DNA of 38,001 bases from Clostridiaceae bacterium. Its GTDB lineage: Bacteria; Bacillota; Clostridia; Oscillospirales; Acutalibacteraceae. The notes under the pieces are model-generated. The model had not been told where the DNA came from. It made no database searches and saw nothing but the letters and a program-made list of their open reading frames with translations. Shown here in pieces: positions 19,022 to 26,273 of this stretch. Both the position numbers and the translations under genes were made by a program. Position 1 is the stretch's first letter; each line of letters opens with the position of its first letter. Where the stretch lies: positions 1 to 38,001 of the forward strand of contig JAEEUJ010000001.1 of assembly GCA_016290515.1 (NCBI GenBank), written 5' to 3'.

Positions 19022-19034
19022 TCTTTGTGTTTTC

Positions 19035-19063
19035 ATTATAATCTATGCAATTTGCTTTGTCAA
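19035..19063 (-). promoter_or_regulatory. pilA promoter P1 (consensus sigma-70 type)
   Basis: The minus strand reads TTGACA (19058-19063), a 17-nt spacer, then TATAAT (19035-19040). Both hexamers are perfect consensus. Confidence 0.65.
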
Positions 19064-19096
19064 TACTTTTTCGAAAAAATTTTAGAATTGTTGAAA

Positions 19097-20272
19097 CTAA
19101 CCGACAAGCTCCATTACATAAGCCGTACCCTTAACAGCCTCGGCTGCGATATTTCGGAACAGCTCGTGCCTGCTGAGGAATGAAACGACCTCGGGGGATA
19201 CGCCGTAATATACATCAATAATCCTGTCACCTATTGCCGTTCCGCGCAGCGTGTTGTCACGGAAACTTCTCAAGGTATTGAGAACGCCCTCGCCGACATT
19301 TGAGTTGACCATCAGGAACGAGAACGAACAACCGAAATTCGTTCCGGTCGAGCCGCTGTTGCCGGTAACGTCGCCCGTGCTGAAATTCTTGAGCGAGATA
19401 TACTTGATAACGTTTGCTTCGTCGTCAAGATGACCGTACGTAACTCCGCTGTACTCAAAGTCGGTCGGTTTGGATTCTGTATCATTGTTTGTCTTGAGAT
19501 CCGTGCCGTAGGTGTAGCCTGCGCAGTAGGGGCTCGAGAAATAATCACCCATGGAATTGTTGAGGTTGACGTAGTTCTTGCCAACCGCATTCTTCAGCGC
19601 AAACGAGGTGTGAAGGTCATAGTAGAAATCGTAGCCCGGTCCGCTCTCAACGGTAACCGTTACGCCGTCGTTAAGATACTTATGATCCGTAACAGTCGCA
19701 TCGTCCAGACGGTGGGTGCTTTCGTGACCGTTGTCGTCCTTGCCGAAAGCGTCAACGGATACGGAGTACTTGATATTAACCTCAATCTCATCCGTGAAGC
19801 AGAATCTGTAAGCCGTATGCTGTTTTCCGTTAAGAACGTACATATGTCCGTTGTAAACAAACAGATAGGTGTACTGATAGTTGGAAGCATCAAAGCTCGC
19901 ATTGTTCGTATCTCTGGTTGCGAAATACAGTGCGTGTGAATTCTCGTCCTCGGTGAACGTTCCAAGCTCCGGACAGGACTCAAAGCTCTTGTTCGCATCG
20001 AGTGAACTCTGGTCCTCATAAAGAAGGTCAACGTTTGTTGCCGTAGCAAGCGAGCCCTGTGAAGCGTCGGCAGAATACGCGTCCATAATCGCCTTAACCT
20101 CAGTCTGAACGATGTAGAGGTTCTCGACCATTCTGTACTTTTTCCAGATCGGTCCCATAATTAACGCCAAAAGAGCCGCAACGAGAGCCATGATAGCAAC
20201 CGTAATCAACAACTCGGTTATAGTGAATCCGCGCCTGTCGCTTCTCATTTTGCCGATAGCCTTAAAAAACAC
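19097..20272 (-). CDS. Large type IV pilin-like protein (minor pilin) with a C-terminal C-x-F...LRxFRD...YYxxSP module
   Basis: The start is a GTG, 8 nt after AAGGAGG. The leader is MFFKAIGKMRSDRRG|FTITELLITVAIMALVAALLALI, with Phe at +1 and Glu at +5. The last 78 aa read GCSFSFLMVNS...LRSFRDNTLRGTAIGDRIIDVYYGVSPEVVSFLSRHELFRN. Confidence 0.8.
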   Translation of the reverse strand: MFFKAIGKMRSDRRGFTITELLITVAIMALVAALLALIMGPIWKKYRMVENLYIVQTEVKAIMDAYSADASQGSLATATNVDLLYEDQSSLDANKSFESCPELGTFTEDENSHALYFATRDTNNASFDASNYQYTYLFVYNGHMYVLNGKQHTAYRFCFTDEIEVNIKYSVSVDAFGKDDNGHESTHRLDDATVTDHKYLNDGVTVTVESGPGYDFYYDLHTSFALKNAVGKNYVNLNNSMGDYFSSPYCAGYTYGTDLKTNNDTESKPTDFEYSGVTYGHLDDEANVIKYISLKNFSTGDVTGNSGSTGTNFGCSFSFLMVNSNVGEGVLNTLRSFRDNTLRGTAIGDRIIDVYYGVSPEVVSFLSRHELFRNIAAEAVKGTAYVMELVG

Positions 20273-20298
20273 CGTTTCTGCCTCCTTTTTTCTTAATT

Positions 20299-20320
20299 CG
20301 GGGAGGGAGTCCCCTCCCCG
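20299..20320 (-). other. GC-rich 9-bp stem-loop between the giant pilin gene and the next SD, with no U-tract
   Basis: The sequence is cggggaggg-agtc-ccctccccg. On the minus strand it is followed directly by AATTAAGAAAAAAGGAGG, which contains the SD of the 391-aa pilin gene. Confidence 0.5.
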
Positions 20321-20343
20321 TTAATACATTTGCCTGAAATCCG

Positions 20344-23300
20344 TCAGCTCTGGCAGGCCATCTTGTTAACGCCTGTCAATTCAAGATCCTGACATACGCC
20401 GTCATCGTCGAAGTACAGCGCATAGGTCTTGTCATTGTAAGTCTTGCCGGTATAATTGCCGTCGAGATCCGTTCTCGTAGCGCAGCGGAAGAATCCGTCC
20501 TGCGGCTGCCTTGAATAATACATTACGCAGCGGTCGCCGGTGTCCTGAACGCCGTTGTTGTTGATGTCAACATAACCCATAATGTACCAGATGCCCTGAC
20601 AGTTAACAACCGACCTGAAATTGATGTTTGTCTGGTCGGAAACCTTAACGTGAATCCAGCGTGCAATCGGAAGTCCGTCGCTGCCCGTGAGATCCTTGTC
20701 AAGGAACTTGACGTTTACGTACGAGCCTGCCTCGCCGGTTGCGCCAAGTCTGTTGTACGACTTGGGTGCGCTGTAATCCGAGGGCTTCTTGCCGCTCTGA
20801 TCGCCGACTGCTACCCAGACGTCGTCACAGAAGCAGATATCGTTTACATTCTTGAGTACGGAAACGAAGCCATAATCGTTATAAATACTTCTGCTTACCG
20901 TAGTATAGTCGTAATACTGTTTCTTATAAGTATCGGTGTTGGGCTTGATGCCGAACTTGTCGCACCAGGAGTAGTTCTCGAACTCCTTGCATACCGAGTA
21001 AATCTTGGAATCCTTAACAGATTCATAATTGTAGTACCAGCTCAGCAACGTACCGTTCGCCGTACCCCACATAGCCTGAGGCTTCATGTCGGAGGTCGTA
21101 CCCCAGTTAACCGTGGTACACTCCGTATCCATCAGCGGATGGTAGTTAACGCCGTAGTTCTGGTTGCCTGATTCAATTGAAGGCGAATAGCTCATTTGAG
21201 GAGCCTTGTTCGAGTCGGTCGACATATTAAGGTAGCCCTTATGATACGTCGTGTTCCAGCCGAGTACAGCGCTCGTGCCGGCGCCGTCGCCTATGCTGAC
21301 GCCTCTGTACTGGTCAATTCCGAAGAACTGGTGGAAAATGTTAGTTTCCTTCTTCAAGCTCCAGCCCTTGCCGGACGCAAGGTTACCTGCGTTATCGCTC
21401 TCGGTTCCGTCACCGGTTGCCCTGATATAGACAACGCCGTTGTTAAGAACCTGACCGAGTCTCGTAAGATAAGAATAGTCGTTTGCAACATAGCTGAGTG
21501 AATAGCCCGCTGCAAGCGAAATATTATTGCCGGTAAGATCGTCGTGGAAGCTCTTAACGTCGAGCATCGTGACGTTGTCTCTCAGACCGCCCGAAACGAA
21601 CGAGTGGTTGAAAGCGCCGCCCGAAAGTATGCTCGAACCGATGCCGTCGCCGGGCTTCTTGAAGTAGAAGTCGGAACCGCCCGTCAAGCCCGAAAGACCG
21701 GACATCTTGGGAACGGTCGGGTTGTTGACGTCAATCGCATAAGGCTGCGAAAGGTAACCCATCGTGATATCAACCTCATGGCCTGCAGTTACGTAGTAGT
21801 CCGTGCCTTCCTCGGGAAGAGCCGTTCCGAGATAGCTTCTGGCAGAAAGCGAACCGCTTGTTGCATATTCGCCGCCGCTTCCGTTGGGACCGTAATAAAG
21901 CTTCGCATTGGTAACCGAAACCACTACGCCGTCCTGATGCGGTTTACGGTACTGATACTGATAATCATCGGTCTTTGAGATGATAACGGTATTGTCGCTG
22001 CTCGAAATCTCATTACCGAGTACGATTCTGTTACCGTCCTCGACCTTCAGGCGCTTATAATCGTCGGTATCAACCCATCTGTTATTGATATAAACCTGTG
22101 AAGATCTGATATTCGTGATTCGGATATTTCTCGTAGTACCGCCCGTTCCGTCCTTAAGTTCACCGGTTCTGTAACTGCTGTTTGTCTTGCCGACATCACC
22201 GGGCTTGATAAGCTGAATGTTTTCGGCTAATCCTGTCTCATTTTTCCAGCCGCCGAACAGGTAGAAGCATTCATACTCAACATCATAAGTTACTCTTATG
22301 GCGTACTGATTGTCATAGTCCTTATACTTCGGCGTTTCACTCGCGCCGAAGGGATATCTCGTCGGCTCAGTGCCGTAGTTCAACAGCGAGAACCAGTTTG
22401 CATTCGTGCCGAACAACGTACTAGAAAGTTGTCCGGGAACATCACTCGTGGTTGCGGCGGATCTTGTGTCACCGAACTTACCGGTCGGGTACCATTTGTT
22501 ACCGTCGGTCGCAATACCGAGTGTACCGGTATGAAGCCACATACTGTAGTTGTTGTAAAGCAGCGAACCGATATTCTTCGTTTTCCAGCCCCATGTATCA
22601 ATAACAGCGGGAATAGTTCCGCAGTACAGCGTGTAGGACTGGGTAGGATACAGCTGCTGTCCGAGAACAGATGTCTGATTTGACTGATAGTAATTCGGAT
22701 TTGAAGTATTAATCTGAACCGCACCGACAGACGTAATCGTTATAAGCGAGGGATCGTCGGTATATTCATAGTTAGTTGCGGTCTTGTAACCGTCGATATC
22801 AAGCTCTGAACCGTAGCCCGAGTGGTCAAGCCAGGTGTAAAGCTTACTGTTGGCATCCTGACGGAAGCTGACAAATCCTGTGGTTAAGCCTTTTTCCTTA
22901 TCATAAAGCTCAGTACCGCAGCCTGCATAACGTGCCGAATAGCCGTCGCTGTTTTTAATCGCAAGCGCCCTGCCGACGGTTGTGAAATATGTATCGCTGT
23001 TGGTTACATTGGCTGTGTAGTAGTTACTGGTAATCATTCTGTACTCAAAGCCGATTGTAATAAGTTCGTCGGCAGTGAGCTGGTTAGCACCGTCAACACC
23101 GTTATATTTGAAGTAACCCTGACTCGAACGGAAAATGCTCTTGAACTGAGCCTGAGTTGTATTGGTCTGAGTAATTGTTTCATGGCTGCTGCCGTCGGCC
23201 TGATTATTACCTGTAATGTAATAATATCTGTCATACTGACCGAGAACGTCGCCGCCCCAGTAGTAGTTGCCGGTTGTCTCGTTTCTCCAGAAGCGTCTTA

Positions 23301-24282
23301 CCTGACCTGCGTCGCCGCCCATTACATAATAGCCGTACTGGTTTACGCCGCCGTTTCCGTCGTCGCCTCTGCCCTTTGCAACCCACTCAACGTCGTTCAT
23401 TGCCGATATGAGCGGAGCACCGGACATCTTCTTTGCAACAATGTCCATTTTACCGGTCTTAACGTCAACACCCTCTGTTGCGTAGTAATAATAGTTGCCG
23501 TCGTCGGCCTTTTCGCCTACAAGGATGATTTCGGGAGCGCCGATTTCAACCTTTACCTGATAAAGCATGCCGCCGTTGCCGCAATACTGAATCCAAAGCG
23601 GTGAACGCTCAAAGCTGATAACGTTGTTTGCGCCCTTGAAGGTAAAGATTGCAACCTTACCGCCGTCGCCGTCGTTTGCATAGGCAATATCGTAATAATT
23701 GGTCGAAACCTTTTCCTTGGTTCCGTCATCTTTGGTATTGTAAACCTCGAAATGATATCCGGTAACGGCACTCTTGTTTTCTGCGCTCGCGTGGAACTTG
23801 AAGCCCTTGGGTACTACCGTAATATCCTTTGTGATAAAGTCGTCCGTAAGGTTTGCGGGGAAGCAGACCATTGTGCTGCCCGTTGACGGCGTATAGAACG
23901 AAACATAGGACTTTTCATCATTAAGAGACTCCGAAACCATTGTGCCGTGAACATTACCTACAGAATTGGCTCCGGTATTTGAAAAGTCAATCGTAGTTGA
24001 GCCTGCCGAAAGGGTAATCGGCATATTGGCAACAGCAGTCTCATAGCCTGTGTCGTTAGAGCCGTCGGGGTTAGCAATAAGTCGCTCCATTATGCTGGAT
24101 CTCTCATATGTTTTCCGTGTTATCTGACCGGCAGTTCTCGTATTTCTGAAATACGTCATGAACAGCGGTGTGAAAACCATTATGATAAGAACCAGAAGCG
24201 TCATCGCAACCAAAACTTCTACAAGCGTCATACCGTTTTTTGAACGTAAACGCTTAATTCCGTTTTTGGTCTTATTGTTCAT
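20344..24282 (-). CDS. Giant (1312 aa) protein with a type IV prepilin leader; candidate modular minor pilin / tip adhesin
   Basis: The SD AAGGAGG precedes the ATG. The leader is MNNKTKNGIKRLRSKNG|MTLVEVLVAMTLLVLIIMVFTPLF, with Met at +1 and Glu at +5. The remaining ~1270 aa are rich in Tyr, Gly, Asn and Thr. I recognised no known domain by eye. There are several Cys near the C-terminus. Confidence 0.8.
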   Translation of the reverse strand: MNNKTKNGIKRLRSKNGMTLVEVLVAMTLLVLIIMVFTPLFMTYFRNTRTAGQITRKTYERSSIMERLIANPDGSNDTGYETAVANMPITLSAGSTTIDFSNTGANSVGNVHGTMVSESLNDEKSYVSFYTPSTGSTMVCFPANLTDDFITKDITVVPKGFKFHASAENKSAVTGYHFEVYNTKDDGTKEKVSTNYYDIAYANDGDGGKVAIFTFKGANNVISFERSPLWIQYCGNGGMLYQVKVEIGAPEIILVGEKADDGNYYYYATEGVDVKTGKMDIVAKKMSGAPLISAMNDVEWVAKGRGDDGNGGVNQYGYYVMGGDAGQVRRFWRNETTGNYYWGGDVLGQYDRYYYITGNNQADGSSHETITQTNTTQAQFKSIFRSSQGYFKYNGVDGANQLTADELITIGFEYRMITSNYYTANVTNSDTYFTTVGRALAIKNSDGYSARYAGCGTELYDKEKGLTTGFVSFRQDANSKLYTWLDHSGYGSELDIDGYKTATNYEYTDDPSLITITSVGAVQINTSNPNYYQSNQTSVLGQQLYPTQSYTLYCGTIPAVIDTWGWKTKNIGSLLYNNYSMWLHTGTLGIATDGNKWYPTGKFGDTRSAATTSDVPGQLSSTLFGTNANWFSLLNYGTEPTRYPFGASETPKYKDYDNQYAIRVTYDVEYECFYLFGGWKNETGLAENIQLIKPGDVGKTNSSYRTGELKDGTGGTTRNIRITNIRSSQVYINNRWVDTDDYKRLKVEDGNRIVLGNEISSSDNTVIISKTDDYQYQYRKPHQDGVVVSVTNAKLYYGPNGSGGEYATSGSLSARSYLGTALPEEGTDYYVTAGHEVDITMGYLSQPYAIDVNNPTVPKMSGLSGLTGGSDFYFKKPGDGIGSSILSGGAFNHSFVSGGLRDNVTMLDVKSFHDDLTGNNISLAAGYSLSYVANDYSYLTRLGQVLNNGVVYIRATGDGTESDNAGNLASGKGWSLKKETNIFHQFFGIDQYRGVSIGDGAGTSAVLGWNTTYHKGYLNMSTDSNKAPQMSYSPSIESGNQNYGVNYHPLMDTECTTVNWGTTSDMKPQAMWGTANGTLLSWYYNYESVKDSKIYSVCKEFENYSWCDKFGIKPNTDTYKKQYYDYTTVSRSIYNDYGFVSVLKNVNDICFCDDVWVAVGDQSGKKPSDYSAPKSYNRLGATGEAGSYVNVKFLDKDLTGSDGLPIARWIHVKVSDQTNINFRSVVNCQGIWYIMGYVDINNNGVQDTGDRCVMYYSRQPQDGFFRCATRTDLDGNYTGKTYNDKTYALYFDDDGVCQDLELTGVNKMACQS

Positions 24283-24315
24283 AAAAGCTACCTCCTTATC
24301 GTATTCGGCTCCTGT

Positions 24316-26064
24316 TTAACCTAACACCCACGTAAGCGACGAACCGTCTGTCGGATCCGGGGGAACAAGTGATTTGAATGTGTCTGCTAAATAAGTGAAC
24401 GCTCCGCTGTATGGATCGCGTTCTATCTTTCTCATTGCGTTATAGGTGATTACTCCGTCGTCATTGCCGATAACGTATGTTGTCGGTGTCTTGTCGGTTG
24501 TGGAGTAGTACATCGCCATAACCTCGGTAAATCTTGAAAGAACGTTGTCGGAATAGCGCTTGGTTGCTACTGAATAGTCGATGAAATACTTGAAGAGGTC
24601 TATTCCGTATCCTTCCTTGGTGCCGACCGACTGAGGAAGATTGTCATCAAAATAATATGTATCTCCGGCATTGAAAGCCTTGTAACGGTAGTTGCCTACG
24701 TTGGGAATCTGGATGTTAACGAAAACGTTACCGCCGAAGAAAATCTTTCCGCACTTGCCGTAACCGCCCTGTGAAGGCATTGTTACGCCCGAACTTGAAA
24801 TAGTCGGTGCAAGCGTGTAAATTGCCTGATGTACCGGGTCGGTAACCGTTGAGGTCTCGGGATTCGGCGTACCGATAACGACCGTGCTCCAGCAGTAGTT
24901 GCCGGCGATTGCCTGATACATTGAGGTCATATTCTGACCGAACAGTCTGCCCAACAGTGACGAGGACGATCTCGTGAAACCGTAAACATAAATCTCAACG
25001 TCGCCGTTAAGAACTATGGTGTCACCTCTGAGATACATTACATTGAAGCAAGTCTTTGACGGTGTAACGTCAATGTTCGTGTTAATGAAAATGTTCTGCT
25101 TTCCGATGAAGGAAACCATATTGCTCTGGTTCGGCTTAAACTTAATCGTTCCTGCGGTGGGCTGATTCATTATCATATTACCTGTGGTATATGCCATAAG
25201 AATCGGAACGGTCTGCTGGTTGAGCGTAATCGGATATGAGTTTTCGATACCGATATACTTTCCGATGAACGGAATGTTGTTGAACAGGCTTATCTTAATC
25301 ATAAGCGTTGTTCCGGTGCTGTATGTACCGAGAACGTTGAAGTTGTCGTTCTTCGCAATCGGAACCTGAACGCTCTTTTCGGTGCCGTTGTCGTCATATT
25401 TAATTGTCTTTTTCTGATTTGTAACGCCGCCGTCGATTATGCCGTCGTCGTTATAGAACTTGCCGAGCGCCTGAACAGGCTCGGAGAGATACGCCTTTTT
25501 GGTGGCTCCAACAACGCCTGCGCCCGCTCTGCCGACGTGTCCGTGCGCCTCGATAATTCTCTGGCTTTCCTTGATTTCTACCGGATACGACGTGACGCCG
25601 GAAGCTGAAGTTGTATCCTCCTCAAGAAGATTGGCAACGCTGATGTCAACCGCACTTGTAACGGTAACATCATAGTAGCCGATAATCTGATCGTCGGTGT
25701 ACGATCCGATGTTGCCGCCCTGAACATACTTGTAGTGGTTGTTGTCGGGCTCGCTGCGGTCGAAAACGAGGTAAACCTGATTTGACTGCATAGATGCGCC
25801 TTCTGAATTTGTACTTGAAATAAGCGTGTTTGCAGCCGCATTGCTTCCGCTTGCACTGACAGCAAGCTGGTACGCATACGATGCGGATTCAACGCCCGCC
25901 TGTGCGAGATATTCGGCTTTTTTCCTGTCTGAAAGGAATCTTACCGAACGAAGAGACGTTACGGAATACATATACATCGCCGTTCCCATAAGGGAAAGTA
26001 CGAACAGAAGGAATACGACGGAAATTATTGCAAATCCGCCGTTCTGCTTCAATTTGGTTTTCAT
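24316..26064 (-). CDS. PilX/GspK-like large pseudopilin with a PilX_N-type N-terminus and no Glu at +5
   Basis: The likely start is Met21 of the track ORF (MKTKLKQNGG|FAIISVVFLLFVLSLMGTAMY), preceded by GAAAGGGTGG. It contains KKAEYLAQAGVESA, which is typical of PilX N-terminal domains. The 20-codon upstream extension to 26124 overlaps a terminator-like hairpin and has no SD. The start coordinate is approximate, to within a few nt. Confidence 0.7.
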   Translation of the reverse strand: MKTKLKQNGGFAIISVVFLLFVLSLMGTAMYMYSVTSLRSVRFLSDRKKAEYLAQAGVESASYAYQLAVSASGSNAAANTLISSTNSEGASMQSNQVYLVFDRSEPDNNHYKYVQGGNIGSYTDDQIIGYYDVTVTSAVDISVANLLEEDTTSASGVTSYPVEIKESQRIIEAHGHVGRAGAGVVGATKKAYLSEPVQALGKFYNDDGIIDGGVTNQKKTIKYDDNGTEKSVQVPIAKNDNFNVLGTYSTGTTLMIKISLFNNIPFIGKYIGIENSYPITLNQQTVPILMAYTTGNMIMNQPTAGTIKFKPNQSNMVSFIGKQNIFINTNIDVTPSKTCFNVMYLRGDTIVLNGDVEIYVYGFTRSSSSLLGRLFGQNMTSMYQAIAGNYCWSTVVIGTPNPETSTVTDPVHQAIYTLAPTISSSGVTMPSQGGYGKCGKIFFGGNVFVNIQIPNVGNYRYKAFNAGDTYYFDDNLPQSVGTKEGYGIDLFKYFIDYSVATKRYSDNVLSRFTEVMAMYYSTTDKTPTTYVIGNDDGVITYNAMRKIERDPYSGAFTYLADTFKSLVPPDPTDGSSLTWVLG

Positions 26065-26273
26065 ACAGACCACCCTTTCGCCGTCGAAAAGAAAACAGTG
26101 TGAAATAATTGTCGGAAAATACATGTATGCAAAATCGGAAAACGCCGATTTTGCGGCGATTTTCAGTGTAAAAAAGCTAATTCTATATATACTTATTATA
26201 CGGTGAACATATTGTAACAGTTTGTTGAGAAAATGTATGCATTATGAACAAATTGTGAACTAAGCGTAAATAA

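Noticed and set aside
18816-19034. A possible c-di-GMP riboswitch in the pilA leader, by analogy with Clostridioides difficile pilA1.
   Set aside because: I read the ~210-nt leader on the coding strand and found none of the conserved cores, such as ACGCAAAGCC or GGCAAA...GAAA for GEMM-I, or ACGCACAGGGCAAACC for class II. Only a short hairpin (atgggc-acagg-gcccat) is present. A covariance-model scan would be needed to exclude it fully.
26065-26124. A 20-codon N-terminal extension of the PilX-like ORF (MYFPTIISHCFLFDGERVVC).
   Set aside because: It has no SD and overlaps a hairpin/U-tract. The internal Met gives a typical basic leader plus hydrophobic pseudopilin helix and is preceded by a purine-rich SD-like sequence.
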